Shown here piece after piece: positions 38,127-48,795 of a stretch of DNA of 64,000 bases. Location of the stretch: the NCBI GenBank assembly GCA_001800285.1, contig MGVC01000013.1, positions 79,175 to 143,174 of the forward strand, read 5' to 3'. This DNA comes from Elusimicrobia bacterium RIFOXYA2_FULL_39_19 (GTDB taxonomy: Bacteria; Elusimicrobiota; Endomicrobiia; CG1-02-37-114; XYA2-FULL-39-19). Numbering within the stretch: position 1 is the first letter of the stretch; each line of letters begins with the position of its first letter. The notes below the pieces were generated by a model. The model did not search any database and was not told the origin of the DNA. It saw only the letters and a list, made by a program, of their open reading frames with translations. A program made the translations under genes and the position numbers.

Positions 38127-39695
38127 TTATTTCGAGATTTTTAAGAGCCATATTTTAACAATTTTAAACAATATTATCAAAACATTTGTCTGGTATAGCA
38201 GATAAAAAAACGATAACAAAACAAAAATATCACCATAAATCGCATAAATTGTTTTTATTTTGTTTGGTGAAATAGAATAAGTTTGAAAGGTTGTTTCAAA
38301 TAATTCTGTTTTATTAATTACTCGCCCGGTTTTATCAATATAGGCTGAAATACCTGTATTTGCACAGCGAATAAGAGGCTTTCTGTTTTCAATAGCCCTG
38401 AAAGTATTAAAAACAAAATGCTGATAGGGAGCTGAAGTTTTCAAATACCAGCCATCATTGGTTATATTGACGATAAATTCATGATTTTCAAATTTACTTA
38501 TTAGGCTTGGGAATATTGCCTCGAAACAAATATTAGCTGAAAAGGCTGTTTTTGGTTCATTAGAAATATTAAAAACCGTCATCTTTTTACCAGCCGTAAA
38601 ATCACCTAGGCTATTTAATGCACTTATGTATTTTGAGAGAACACTTTTTAACGGCACCAATTCCCCGAAAGGTACAAGATGAATTTTATCATACTTATCT
38701 TTTAGTTTACCTTCCTGCGAAATTAAAACTGCCGAGTTATAATATTTTCCATTCTGGTAATCAGGAGAACCAATAAGATGACAGGTTTTTGATTTGCTAA
38801 TAAGGTTTTTAAGCCACAGAGATAGGTGTTCGTTTTCAAGAAGATACCCGGGCACAGATGATTCGGGCCAAACTATTAAATCCGGACTGTCTTTTTTATA
38901 AGCATCTGCAGATAAAACAGAATATTTACAAAGGATTTCCGACACATATTGTTCATCCCATTTTTTATATTGGTCTACATTTCCTTGCAACACTGTTATT
39001 TTTACAGTGTTTTTCTGCGGGGTTTTGCTGATAAAGTATAAGCGGATATCGCCGTAACGCAGGAATACAATTATTAGTAAAGATGAAATAATCATTAATA
39101 AGTAAGTTTCGGAAAGCTTCTTATTTTCAACTATTGATTTTACAACGTATTTTTCCTTTGCTAGAAGTATTGAATAATACAAAGTTATGTTCGCAAATAT
39201 TATGACAAAAGATATACCGTAAACACCTAATATATCCGAAGATTGAATTAACCATAAATTATTCCATTGAGTGTAACCGATAATTCCCCACGGAAATCCT
39301 GTAAATAAACATCCTCTCAGATATTCCAGGACTACCCAAAGACAGGAAACAAGAAAAGCAGTTTTCAAAATGGTATTAGTTTTCGAAAAAGCATTGAAAA
39401 GAAGAGAAAACACTGCAAAGTATAATGCAAGGTACGCAGAAAATATCAACAACGCCGGCAGGCTTACAAGCAAAGGCTCTCCAGCTGTTTTAAAAGTAGG
39501 CAAAATCCAGTAGAGTAATCCGCAAAAAAATACTACTCCTGACAAAAATCCGTAAATAAATGATTTAGTTTTATTTGCATTGCGTGCTGAATACAGAAGA
39601 GGTATAAACGATATCCATGAAAGGAAGGAATAATTGAATTTCGGAAAACTCAAGACAAGCAGGATACCTGTTAAAACCGATAAAACATAGTTCAT
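38127..39695 (-). CDS. lnt: Apolipoprotein N-acyltransferase.
   Basis: 522 aa. N-terminal multi-TM segment plus a C-N hydrolase domain with E (VWPESSVP), K (KIHLVPFGE) and C (ANICFE). Confidence 0.8.
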   Translation of the reverse strand: MNYVLSVLTGILLVLSFPKFNYSFLSWISFIPLLYSARNANKTKSFIYGFLSGVVFFCGLLYWILPTFKTAGEPLLVSLPALLIFSAYLALYFAVFSLLFNAFSKTNTILKTAFLVSCLWVVLEYLRGCLFTGFPWGIIGYTQWNNLWLIQSSDILGVYGISFVIIFANITLYYSILLAKEKYVVKSIVENKKLSETYLLMIISSLLIIVFLRYGDIRLYFISKTPQKNTVKITVLQGNVDQYKKWDEQYVSEILCKYSVLSADAYKKDSPDLIVWPESSVPGYLLENEHLSLWLKNLISKSKTCHLIGSPDYQNGKYYNSAVLISQEGKLKDKYDKIHLVPFGELVPLKSVLSKYISALNSLGDFTAGKKMTVFNISNEPKTAFSANICFEAIFPSLISKFENHEFIVNITNDGWYLKTSAPYQHFVFNTFRAIENRKPLIRCANTGISAYIDKTGRVINKTELFETTFQTYSISPNKIKTIYAIYGDIFVLLSFFYLLYQTNVLIILFKIVKIWLLKISK

Positions 39696-39713
39696 AATAT
39701 GCCGGGAATAAAA

Positions 39714-42341
39714 TTATGACTCATTAATACCGCAACATCTTTTATATTTTTTTCCGCTTCCGCAAATACAAGGGTCATTGCGGCCTATCTTACTTGCTGG
39801 TTCAATTTTTGGTTTTTCTGGCTGCTTCTGTGGTTTCTGCGTATTATTTATGTTCATTTTGGGCACATTCTTTTGCTGTACCGGAGCTCTGCGGACGGTA
39901 TCTGTTAAAGGCTGAATTTTAAACACGTATTCTACTGTACTTTCACGTATGCGGGTCATCATCTGACTGAATATTTTATATGATTCCTTCTGATATTCTA
40001 TTAGAGGATCCTTTTGACCGTAGGCACGCAGGCCTATGCCTTTTTTTACCTGATCAATTTCATACAGGTGTTCTTTCCATGCCACGTCTATCATATGCAG
40101 TAATACCATGCGTTCAAGTTCCCTGATAGTGCCGGCACCAAAATTATCTTCGCGCGTTTTATAAACACTAATTATTTTTTCATGCAATGTTTCCGTTAAA
40201 TATTGCTTGTCAAATTTTAATATCTCCTCTTCCGTAAGGCCTAGAGAAAAATCAAAAACTCTTTTCAGCCATAACTCCAGGCTTTGCCAGTCCCATTCTT
40301 CAGGATGTTTATGTGATGCCCACTGCTCAGCCTTTTCTTCTATAGATTCGTTTATCATATCCTGTATCTGGGTTGAAATATCCTCGCCCTCAAGGATTTC
40401 ATTTCTTAAAGTATAGACAGCCTCTCTCTGCTTGTTCATTACATTGTCATATTCAAGCAGCTGTTTTCTTATATCAAAGTTCATTGCTTCTACTTTTTTC
40501 TGTGCGTTTTCAATGGCTTTAGTAATCCACGGATGTTCAATGTTTTCACCCTCTTTCATACCCAGGCGTTCCATAAGGCCGGACATTCTTTCTCCTCCAA
40601 ATAAACGCATCAATTCATCTTCCAGCGATATGTAAAATCTTGTTGAACCGGGGTCTCCCTGCCTGCCTCCTCGGCCTCTTAGCTGATTGTCAACTCTCCT
40701 GGCATCATGTCTTTCAGTTCCTATTACATGCAACCCGCCTAAATCAACCACCAATTGCTGTTCATTAGAATCCGGAGGTGTTCCGCCTAAAATAATATCT
40801 ACTCCGCGGCCCGCCATATTTGTTGCTACCGTAACAGTACCTTTTTTACCTGCCTGAGATATTATCTGTGCTTCCTGTTCATGAAACTTTGCATTCAATA
40901 CCTGGTGCGGGATTCCTCTCCTGCGCAGCATACCTGAAAGTTTTTCATTTTTTTCAATAGACCTGGTGCCTACCAGTACCGGCTGGCCTTTTTTCCAGGA
41001 TTGTTCTATATCATCAACCAGAGCGCTCCATTTTTCTTTTTCTGTACGGTAAATAACATCAGAATTGTCGATTCTTATATTGGGTTTGTTTGAAGGTATT
41101 GCAATTACGTCAAGTTTATAAATATCCCAAAACTCTGCCGCTTCAGTTGAGGCAGTACCGGTCATGCCGGAAATTTTTCCATACATTCTGAAATAGTTCT
41201 GGAAAGTTACAGTAGCAAGTGTTTGGTTCTCTTCTGCGACACGCATGTTCTCTTTTGCTTCTACTGCCTGATGAAGACCGTCAGACCAACGGCGTCCGGG
41301 CATAAGCCTGCCTGTAAATTCATCAACTATAATTACTTCCCCGTCTTTAATTACATAATCAACATCTCTTTTAAAAAGATTGTGTGCCCTTAAAGCCTGA
41401 TTAACATGGTGCACCCATTCTGACTGGATATCATCATACAGGTTTTCAACGCCAAGCAGTTTTTCGCATTTTGCTACACCCTGCTCTGTAAGCGTGACAC
41501 TATGGGCTTTTTCATCAACTATGAAATCATAGCCTTTTGCCAGATCTATGCCTTTATATTTTGCTTCCATTTCTTCGGATTCAGTTACAAATTTTCCGCG
41601 CAAGTGTGGAATTAATTTGTTTGCCACGGAATACTTTTCCGTTGACTCTTCTGCAGGACCCGATATAATTAGAGGTGTCCTGGCTTCATCTATTAATATT
41701 GAATCTACTTCGTCTATAATTGCGTAATTCAGGGGCTGGAGCACGCGGTCTTCTTTTCTGATAACCATGTTGTCGCGCAAATAATCAAATCCGATTTCGT
41801 TGTTGGTTACATAGGTTATATCACAGCGGTAATTCTGCTGTCTTTCATCATTGGGCATATCATGCTGGACGTAACCTACGGTCAGCCCAAGCATTTCAAA
41901 TACAGGCCCCATCCAGTCTCTGTCACGTTTTGCCAGGTAATCATTTACGGTTACAATATGCACGCCTTTATCTGTTAAAGCGTTTAAATAGGCAGGCAGC
42001 GTTGCCACCAGCGTTTTTCCTTCACCGGTTTTCATTTCAGATATTCTGCCCTGATGAAGCATAAGACCGCCCACAAGCTGAACGTCGTAATGGCGAAGTT
42101 TTATAGCTCTAACAGAAGCTTCCCTTACACAGGCAAAAGCTTCCGGAAGAATGTCATCCATTGTTCTGCCTTCGTTTTTCAGACGGTTTTTAAATTCTGT
42201 TGTTTTGTTTTTGAGCTGTTCATCGGAAAGTTTTTTTGTTTCTTCTTCCAATTCATTAATTTGTTCAACGATTGGATCAACTTTCTTTAAAACTCTCTGG
42301 TTTTTTGTTCCAAAAACTGTTTTTAAAATTAAATTTATCAT
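39714..42341 (-). CDS. secA: Preprotein translocase ATPase SecA.
   Basis: 875 aa. DEAD-like motor motifs are present and the C-terminus has a zinc finger ([14 protein letters not shown]). Confidence 0.9.
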   Translation of the reverse strand: MINLILKTVFGTKNQRVLKKVDPIVEQINELEEETKKLSDEQLKNKTTEFKNRLKNEGRTMDDILPEAFACVREASVRAIKLRHYDVQLVGGLMLHQGRISEMKTGEGKTLVATLPAYLNALTDKGVHIVTVNDYLAKRDRDWMGPVFEMLGLTVGYVQHDMPNDERQQNYRCDITYVTNNEIGFDYLRDNMVIRKEDRVLQPLNYAIIDEVDSILIDEARTPLIISGPAEESTEKYSVANKLIPHLRGKFVTESEEMEAKYKGIDLAKGYDFIVDEKAHSVTLTEQGVAKCEKLLGVENLYDDIQSEWVHHVNQALRAHNLFKRDVDYVIKDGEVIIVDEFTGRLMPGRRWSDGLHQAVEAKENMRVAEENQTLATVTFQNYFRMYGKISGMTGTASTEAAEFWDIYKLDVIAIPSNKPNIRIDNSDVIYRTEKEKWSALVDDIEQSWKKGQPVLVGTRSIEKNEKLSGMLRRRGIPHQVLNAKFHEQEAQIISQAGKKGTVTVATNMAGRGVDIILGGTPPDSNEQQLVVDLGGLHVIGTERHDARRVDNQLRGRGGRQGDPGSTRFYISLEDELMRLFGGERMSGLMERLGMKEGENIEHPWITKAIENAQKKVEAMNFDIRKQLLEYDNVMNKQREAVYTLRNEILEGEDISTQIQDMINESIEEKAEQWASHKHPEEWDWQSLELWLKRVFDFSLGLTEEEILKFDKQYLTETLHEKIISVYKTREDNFGAGTIRELERMVLLHMIDVAWKEHLYEIDQVKKGIGLRAYGQKDPLIEYQKESYKIFSQMMTRIRESTVEYVFKIQPLTDTVRRAPVQQKNVPKMNINNTQKPQKQPEKPKIEPASKIGRNDPCICGSGKKYKRCCGINES

Positions 42342-42419
42342 GTTTTACTTGATTTAACGGTTATTTTTCAATAAAAGTATCGGATTCCGTCAAACATTTC
42401 TCCTGCCTTGGTATTATAC

Positions 42420-42450
42420 AAAAAAACCTCTGTTCTAACAAATCAGAGGT
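42420..42450 (-). terminator. Rho-independent terminator closing the long RR-gal-LOG operon.
   Basis: On the minus strand, a CCTCTG...CAGAGG hairpin is followed by a run of 7 T. It lies about 50 nt downstream of the LOG gene stop. Confidence 0.45.
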
Positions 42451-42498
42451 TCTGAGTTAATCATAGTTGCTCGTAACAACAGCTAATCAGTATTTATA

Positions 42499-43167
42499 TT
42501 ATCTATGAAATTTACTTTTTTTAATTACTTTTAATGCTTCTTCAGGAGTGTCAACAAGTTTATATATCAACAAATCGTCTTTTGATATACATTCTTCTTC
42601 CAAAACCTTACTTTCCAGCCACTTCACCAGGTCTTTCCAGTAGTCTTTTCCAACGAGTATTACAGGAAAAGGGTCAATACGTTCAGTCTGAACAAGTGTA
42701 ATAGCCTCAAAAAATTCATCAAGTGTTCCGAATCCGCCAGGCAGAACTATAAAAGCTTTTGCATACTTTGCAAACATTACTTTCCTTACAAAAAAATATC
42801 TAAATTCCAGCATTATGTTTATATACGGATTTGGTTTCTGCTCCATGGGCAAAAGTATGTTCAGCCCAACGGATTTTCCGGCTGCTTCCATAGCACCCTT
42901 ATTAGCTGCTTCCATAATTCCAGGGCCGCCGCCAGTAATTACTGCATAGCCGGCCTTTGACAGAAGATATGCTGTTTTCTCGGCTGTTTTATAGTATTTA
43001 TTATCTGTTTTTAATCTGGCAGAACCAAATACACACACAGCTTTACCTAACTTGGTAAGCATTTCAAAACCTTCTACAAATTCTGCCATTATTCTAAATA
43101 TTCTCCAGGTATCTTCTTGAGAAAAATCATCTTTTTCGTAATGGTTAAACCTTCTGAAATAAGGCAT
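42499..43167 (-). CDS. LOG-family protein (cytokinin riboside 5'-monophosphate phosphoribohydrolase-like).
   Basis: 222 aa. The motifs GGGPGIMEAAN and PGGFGTLDE are present. Confidence 0.75.
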   Translation of the reverse strand: MPYFRRFNHYEKDDFSQEDTWRIFRIMAEFVEGFEMLTKLGKAVCVFGSARLKTDNKYYKTAEKTAYLLSKAGYAVITGGGPGIMEAANKGAMEAAGKSVGLNILLPMEQKPNPYINIMLEFRYFFVRKVMFAKYAKAFIVLPGGFGTLDEFFEAITLVQTERIDPFPVILVGKDYWKDLVKWLESKVLEEECISKDDLLIYKLVDTPEEALKVIKKSKFHR

Positions 43168-43179
43168 TATTCCCCCAAT

Positions 43180-44589
43180 TTAAATTACTTTGCCTGCGTG
43201 TTCTGTTGGATATACTTCAAATATTTGCGGCTTCAATTTACGTTTATTGTAATAAAGTTTTTTAATCGCTTTAATGAATTTTGTTCTGGTTCTTTTGGTG
43301 ACAAGATTTATGGTACATCCGCCAAAACCTGCACCGGTTAAACGGGATCCGAAAGCACCGTTGTTTCCAGCTATTTTTACCATTTCATTTAGTTCCGGAC
43401 AGCTGACTTCATAATCCATATCCAAACTTAAATGAGATTGATTCATAAGCTCACCTAATTTTGCCATATCACATTTTTTAAACGCTTTCGTGCTTTCTTC
43501 TACTCTTTTCCATTCAAGTAATACATGTCTGCACCGGGATTTAATCTTATAATATCCGTCATCGGACCGAAACGGCTCTCCGTTTTTGAGTTTAAGGTGT
43601 TTGGCCCGCAACTCTTCTACGGTTAGTTCAAGGCTTTGTGCTATTTCAACTTCAGTACAGGTTTCTTTCTGAAATACTTTATTAATGATTTCTTCAATTT
43701 TATTCGTTATTTTTTCAAATTTCTTAAAACGCAGGTCACCTAATTTTGTTATGGCGTACTGGGTCCCGAATTTTTCTGTTATGTATTTATTTAACATCAA
43801 TACACCAAGCCTGCATTCAAAAACTCTCATATTATAAGATTGCCTTGCGTGACCTGATTTTGGAGCAGATACCATGCTGTTGCAGGCCACAAATATCATT
43901 TCTTCCGGTACAGGGATGGATTCTACTTCCATCGGATAAAAATCTATTTTTAATGCTTTGCCTCTGTTTCCAAGTAAAGAAATGGTCTGATCCATACCTC
44001 CGCCTTGTGTTCCTACATACCATTCTCCGTCAGCAAGTATTTTTGCAAACTCCAGGCCTTTAAATTTTATTCTGTTGATATCTGCAAAAGCTACTGCATT
44101 AGCAACGATTAAAGCAGAAGATGAGCTTACCCCGGAGTTTGACGGCACATTTCCAGAAATCATGGCATTATAGCCTGTGTATTTATTTTTTGGCTTTGAG
44201 TCTACTACAAGCTGAACGGCGGCTTTCAGGTAATTTCCCCAGTCACCCGTAGTGTAGGGGTGTATCGTTTTTTCAATAATAAAATTTCTGTCCTGGAAAT
44301 TTTTTGAATCAACATTTTTATAAATTACTTCATTGTCCTTTCTTGGTGCGGCTATTATCACAATATCTTTGTCAATGGTCATGGGAAATACAGGCATACC
44401 ATTATAATCTGTGTGTTCGCCGATTATGTTTATTCTGCCCGGAGCCCTGTAAATTGAAAACCTTCCCGCTTTTGGATAGACTTTTTTAAACTGCTTTATC
44501 AGCCCTTCATAACGATTGATTGTTTTTTTTAATTCCGGGTAATGCTTTCCGTAAATTTGTTCGATACGCTTTTTCAAATTAATTGTCAT
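43180..44589 (-). CDS. galK: Galactokinase (GHMP family).
   Basis: 469 aa. The signature GRINIIGEHTDYNG is present, together with GHMP motif 2. Confidence 0.8.
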   Translation of the reverse strand: MTINLKKRIEQIYGKHYPELKKTINRYEGLIKQFKKVYPKAGRFSIYRAPGRINIIGEHTDYNGMPVFPMTIDKDIVIIAAPRKDNEVIYKNVDSKNFQDRNFIIEKTIHPYTTGDWGNYLKAAVQLVVDSKPKNKYTGYNAMISGNVPSNSGVSSSSALIVANAVAFADINRIKFKGLEFAKILADGEWYVGTQGGGMDQTISLLGNRGKALKIDFYPMEVESIPVPEEMIFVACNSMVSAPKSGHARQSYNMRVFECRLGVLMLNKYITEKFGTQYAITKLGDLRFKKFEKITNKIEEIINKVFQKETCTEVEIAQSLELTVEELRAKHLKLKNGEPFRSDDGYYKIKSRCRHVLLEWKRVEESTKAFKKCDMAKLGELMNQSHLSLDMDYEVSCPELNEMVKIAGNNGAFGSRLTGAGFGGCTINLVTKRTRTKFIKAIKKLYYNKRKLKPQIFEVYPTEHAGKVI

Positions 44590-44603
44590 AGTAATCCACC
44601 AGT

Positions 44604-45530
44604 TTATTTTTTATATTCGCCTACAAAAAATTCGACAGTTGCTTTCAATCCTTCTTCCAAACTTGAACTGGGCTTAAAACCCAGTTTTTTTATTTTGCTA
44701 TTATCTGCAAGGGAATGTTTAATATCTCCAGGTCTTTCTTTTTCATGGATTATTTTTGACTTGGAACCGGTAAGTTTAATAATTTTTTCTGCCAGTTCAT
44801 TAATAGTGATTTTTGAGCCATAGGCAACATTGTAAACGCTGTCGCCTTTTTCCGACACCAGCACATTTGCCTGAACTACGTCTTTTACATAAACAAAATC
44901 CCTTGTCTGTTCTCCGTCACCATATATTAAAATGTCTTCATTTTTGATTGCTTTTAAAATAAATATTGGCACAGCCGCCGCATACTGGGATTTTGGATTC
45001 TGCCTCGGACCGAACACATTAAAATATCTGCAACACGCACTGGGCACCCCCCACTCTTTCCGGTAAAGGGACAAATAGTATTCACCGTCAAGTTTTGTAA
45101 CAGCATAAGGGCTTTTTGGCTCGGGAAGCATGGTTTCAACTTTCGGCATAACCGGATTATCACCATAAACCGCCGCAGATGAAGACAATACTATTTTCTT
45201 TACAGTTCCTGATTCTTTGGCAGCTTTTATCAGATTTATTGTTCCAATAGCGTTTAGGTTTATGCATTCAACGGGTTCAAAAATGCTTTCAGGTACGCTT
45301 ATCATAGCAGCCAGATGAAATACATAATCCACGCCTTTCATGGCATTTACGCAGGCCTTATAATCCGTTATGCTTTCTTCTATAAACTCTACACCAAACT
45401 TTTCTATGTTTTTTTTAAACCCTGACCTCAGGTTATCCATTACGGCTACTTTTGTATCCGCTTTGTTTGAAAAATGTTCTACAATATGACTCCCGATAAA
45501 TCCAGCACCGCCTGTTACAAGTACTTTCAT
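44604..45530 (-). CDS. galE: NAD-dependent sugar epimerase (UDP-hexose 4-epimerase, GalE-like).
   Basis: 308 aa. MKVLVTGGAGFIGSH Rossmann motif and YxxxK (YAVTK) are present. Confidence 0.7.
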   Translation of the reverse strand: MKVLVTGGAGFIGSHIVEHFSNKADTKVAVMDNLRSGFKKNIEKFGVEFIEESITDYKACVNAMKGVDYVFHLAAMISVPESIFEPVECINLNAIGTINLIKAAKESGTVKKIVLSSSAAVYGDNPVMPKVETMLPEPKSPYAVTKLDGEYYLSLYRKEWGVPSACCRYFNVFGPRQNPKSQYAAAVPIFILKAIKNEDILIYGDGEQTRDFVYVKDVVQANVLVSEKGDSVYNVAYGSKITINELAEKIIKLTGSKSKIIHEKERPGDIKHSLADNSKIKKLGFKPSSSLEEGLKATVEFFVGEYKK

Positions 45531-45546
45531 TGGTATTCTCCCTGTA

Positions 45547-46746
45547 TTATATTTTTTTTAATTCATCTCTTATAAATTTAAACTCTTCCAATGGTGCAGA
45601 GGTATCTTTAATTAAATGACAGTAATCTGCATAAGTAATTCTTTTGAAAGTTGACAAATCCGACGTGCTTCCCCTTCCGGCTGTTTCAACAGAAGCAGGA
45701 ACTATGATAAATTCGTTTTTTTCGCTTTCATTTTTTGCATTATAGGCATTCATATCTTTCGGAAATGTATCTGATTTCCATTTCCATTTTGGAAGCACAA
45801 ACACTCTGGCAATATCGCCTTTTCTTGCAAAGATCAGATAAAACGGCACAAACCGGTCAATTTCTTTCACTTGACGACTGTCGCATAATTCCATAATTTT
45901 ATTCACCAGCAAAGAAACTCTTTTTTTATCATTACCTTCTACCACAAAACCGGTAGCCGGGTATGACGGGTCAAATTCACTGACTCCGGTATTTCCAATA
46001 GCCACAGTTTTAATATTTTCTATAGGAAAGGTGCCGCTGAAAGCCTGCACGTGCCGGTGCTTATCTAATGAACCGGGCCTGTTAAAATACGGCCTGCAGA
46101 AATCAAACATAAAATTCAAATCAATAATATCTTCCATAAACTGCCGGTCCATAGACTGCAAACCGTGTTTTTTATAAGTTACCATAAGGTGGTTTTCTAC
46201 AATTGGCGCATGATTGCCGAATAAATAATAATCTCTCCAGAACCATACCTTTTTGTTTGTGTTAATGAAGGACTGGTAACAAATTGGGCAGCTGTCTACG
46301 TACTCATTTTTGTTGTGTACAACTGTAGAACTTCGTTTTCTTGCGGAATTGCAGTAAATCACAAAGTCTCCGGGTGACAGTACCTTTGACTGCACCTTAG
46401 CTAAGGATTCACCGTCAATCTTTTTTTCAATTATCTGGTGGCGTATAAGGGCGAACATTATATCCTGAAGGCTAAAATTATCTGCAATGATGCGGGTCTT
46501 AAACAAATCATCCTTTGTCCCCATCGCAGGGTTTCCGGCCATTTCAAGCGCAAATTCTAAATTATTTACAATATCGGATTCTTCTATTGTATCTTTCAGA
46601 GTAACAGTCAGCAGGTTATCCAGCGCTTTTGGTGCGCTCAGGTTAAATTCATTGAACTTCACAGATAACTTTTCAGCCAGCTGATAAATTTTAGAACCTG
46701 TCTTTATACCGTGTTTTGAAACAATTTCAATAATTTGTTTATCCAT
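45547..46746 (-). CDS. galT: Putative galactose-1-phosphate uridylyltransferase, family 2 (Gram-positive type).
   Basis: 399 aa. CPICYQ...WFWRDYYLFGNHAPIVENHLMVTYKKH resembles the type 2 GalT motifs CQLC...YAYFNEHSILLNAKH. The Leloir-pathway neighbours (galE-like, galK) support the call. Confidence 0.45.
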   Translation of the reverse strand: MDKQIIEIVSKHGIKTGSKIYQLAEKLSVKFNEFNLSAPKALDNLLTVTLKDTIEESDIVNNLEFALEMAGNPAMGTKDDLFKTRIIADNFSLQDIMFALIRHQIIEKKIDGESLAKVQSKVLSPGDFVIYCNSARKRSSTVVHNKNEYVDSCPICYQSFINTNKKVWFWRDYYLFGNHAPIVENHLMVTYKKHGLQSMDRQFMEDIIDLNFMFDFCRPYFNRPGSLDKHRHVQAFSGTFPIENIKTVAIGNTGVSEFDPSYPATGFVVEGNDKKRVSLLVNKIMELCDSRQVKEIDRFVPFYLIFARKGDIARVFVLPKWKWKSDTFPKDMNAYNAKNESEKNEFIIVPASVETAGRGSTSDLSTFKRITYADYCHLIKDTSAPLEEFKFIRDELKKI

Positions 46747-46750
46747 AGCT

Positions 46751-47125
46751 TTAATTCTGACCTAACAGAGTTTTAATCTTTCCTGTAAGGTCATTTAACT
46801 TAACAGGTTTTATCAGATAATCCGTAGCGGTATTAATAAGCACATTTATACCCACGGTCTGTTCCAGTTTTTCCTGGTCAAAAGCCGTGCAGATAATAAC
46901 CGGCATTTTGGGATACTGTTCTCTTGTTTTTTGCAGGACTACCAGTCCGCTGGCATCCGGGAGTTTAATATCCAGCAGAATTAAATCAGGTTTATTTTTT
47001 GATAAATTGTCTAAAGCATGGGCTACGGTGTTTACTACGGTTGTCTGAAACCCGTACTTCTCAATGGCTGTAGCATAAATTTCACTAAGAGCTTCTTCAT
47101 CTTCTACAATAAGAACCTTTTTCAT
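46751..47125 (-). CDS. Stand-alone CheY-like receiver protein.
   Basis: 124 aa. VEDEE pocket, Asp in ILLDIKLPDASG, T in VIICTAF, K in YLIKP. Confidence 0.75.
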   Translation of the reverse strand: MKKVLIVEDEEALSEIYATAIEKYGFQTTVVNTVAHALDNLSKNKPDLILLDIKLPDASGLVVLQKTREQYPKMPVIICTAFDQEKLEQTVGINVLINTATDYLIKPVKLNDLTGKIKTLLGQN

Positions 47126-47901
47126 CTTAACTCCTTTTTTATAAATATTTTTGTTTTTTCAAGAACCTGTTTTTCCCAGTTATAGGAAGCAAAAGTATGA
47201 TTGGCATCTTTTATTATTGTCATACTACAGTTACTGCCGTTTGATTTCAGCTGATTTACATACTTAAAGGCATGAGTCAAAGGCACCACTGTATCCTGTT
47301 CTCCGTGTATAATTAATGCGGAATTTTTAAAGCCGTCTAAATTGTCAATTTTTTTAAGTTTTTTCAAATCAGTTATAAACCGTTTTCCTATTACCTCTCC
47401 TGCCTGGTCATAGTAATTTTTTAACTTGCCCGGTGTTTTTATTAGCATTACCCTTTTTTGTATTAATTTTTCTTTAAATATTTCATAGGGGTCATAAACC
47501 GGCGCCCATAAAACAAGGGCCTTTATGTTTTTTGCTTTATTGGCGGTATTAAAAGCCACATAACCGCCCATACTAAACCCTTGCAAAGAAACATTTTTTA
47601 CCCCTTTCTGTTTTCTTGTAAAATCTACCGCTTTCAGGGCATCAGAAATCTCATCGGAAAGTGTCATATTGTCAAACGTACCGTTGCTTTCACCGGACCC
47701 GCGAAAATCAAACCGCAGTGACGCAACACCTATAGAAAGCAGTTCATGCGATAACTTTACAAAAAATTGATGGCTTTCTACCTTGTTGCCTGTAAAACCA
47801 TGGCAGGTAACAACAGCCGGAAAACTTTTCTTGTTTTCCGGGTAATGCCACATGCCGTATAGCATGCCATTTTTATTTCTGAAAGCTATCTGTTTTTCCA
47901 T
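47122..47901 (-). CDS. Alpha/beta-fold hydrolase.
   Basis: 259 aa. The nucleophile elbow GFSMGG (GxSxG) is present. Confidence 0.6.
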   Translation of the reverse strand: MEKQIAFRNKNGMLYGMWHYPENKKSFPAVVTCHGFTGNKVESHQFFVKLSHELLSIGVASLRFDFRGSGESNGTFDNMTLSDEISDALKAVDFTRKQKGVKNVSLQGFSMGGYVAFNTANKAKNIKALVLWAPVYDPYEIFKEKLIQKRVMLIKTPGKLKNYYDQAGEVIGKRFITDLKKLKKIDNLDGFKNSALIIHGEQDTVVPLTHAFKYVNQLKSNGSNCSMTIIKDANHTFASYNWEKQVLEKTKIFIKKELR

Positions 47902-47902
47902 T

Positions 47903-48298
47903 TTATACCACTAATAATTTACCGGTACCCGTTGCAACCAAAGAACCTTCCGCGTTTGTTACAGACGCTTCAGTAAAAATAATCTTTTTTGAATCGTCTT
48001 TTATTTTACCAGTGAAGGTAAGTTCTGAGTTTACAAGGGCAGGTTTAATAAATTTTACTGATATTTCAGCTGTAACTGCCGGAATACTTAATTTAAAAGC
48101 CAGATTAGCCATAACTTCATCAATTATCAGCGCAATTATACCACCGTGAACAATATCTTTGAAACCCTGATATTTTTTTGAAGGTGTAAACTTTGCGGTG
48201 AGGGTTTTATTTTGTGTGTCCAGTAGAAAATTTAGATTAAGGCCTTCAGGATTTCTTTCCCCACAGGCAAAACACATATGATCGTCAAGAAGTTCCAT
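47903..48298 (-). CDS. PaaI/4HBT-type hotdog thioesterase.
   Basis: 131 aa. N-terminal HMCFACG motif with a hotdog core (VHGGIIALIIDE). Confidence 0.6.
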   Translation of the reverse strand: MELLDDHMCFACGERNPEGLNLNFLLDTQNKTLTAKFTPSKKYQGFKDIVHGGIIALIIDEVMANLAFKLSIPAVTAEISVKFIKPALVNSELTFTGKIKDDSKKIIFTEASVTNAEGSLVATGTGKLLVV

Positions 48299-48324
48299 TT
48301 TAATTGTAATTATAACAGGAAAGA

Positions 48325-48696
48325 TTATTTGCCTTCAAGGACTTCTTTTACTCTTTTTTTTAATTCAGAAAGATTAAAGGGTTTAATCAACAGGTCTACA
48401 ACCTGAGTGGAATCTATTTCATTCATATCTTTCGGATCCATGTAACCTGTACAGAATATTACAGGGAGCCCGGGATGGGTTTGTTTTAATTCTTTGGAGT
48501 ATGAAAGCCCTGTTTCTTCAGGAAGTTTCATATCAAGGATTGCAAGGTCAATTGTTTTATCCTTAATCATTTCTCTTGCTTCTTTTACACTTGTGGCAGG
48601 AATAATGTTATATCCCTGATTTTTAAGAGCAGTTGAAATGATTTCTCTGAAGCTGTCTAGATTTTCCAGTATTAGTATAGTTTTGTTTGTTGTCAT
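48325..48696 (-). CDS. Stand-alone CheY-like receiver protein with an atypical acidic pocket (ENLD).
   Basis: 123 aa. Asp in AILDMKLPEETG, T in VIFCTGY, K in LLIKP. Confidence 0.7.
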   Translation of the reverse strand: MTTNKTILILENLDSFREIISTALKNQGYNIIPATSVKEAREMIKDKTIDLAILDMKLPEETGLSYSKELKQTHPGLPVIFCTGYMDPKDMNEIDSTQVVDLLIKPFNLSELKKRVKEVLEGK

Positions 48697-48734
48697 ACTG
48701 AAATTCTAACAAATAATAACACTTTTTTCAATAT

Positions 48735-48763
48735 TTGATATACCCGCTAAAAATAAGTATAAT
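48735..48763 (+). promoter_or_regulatory. Near-consensus sigma-70 promoter, TTGATA-N17-TATAAT.
   Basis: Read directly. It lies about 30 nt upstream of the AAGGA RBS and the ATG at 48796. Confidence 0.5.
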
Positions 48764-48795
48764 TTAAGAAATAATTAATATATTTAAGGAAAAAT

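Noticed and set aside
42455-42487. A possible palindrome, agttgctcgtaacaacagct, near the LOG gene 3' end.
   Set aside because: The two arms are not complementary (agttgct against agctgtt), so there is no convincing hairpin.
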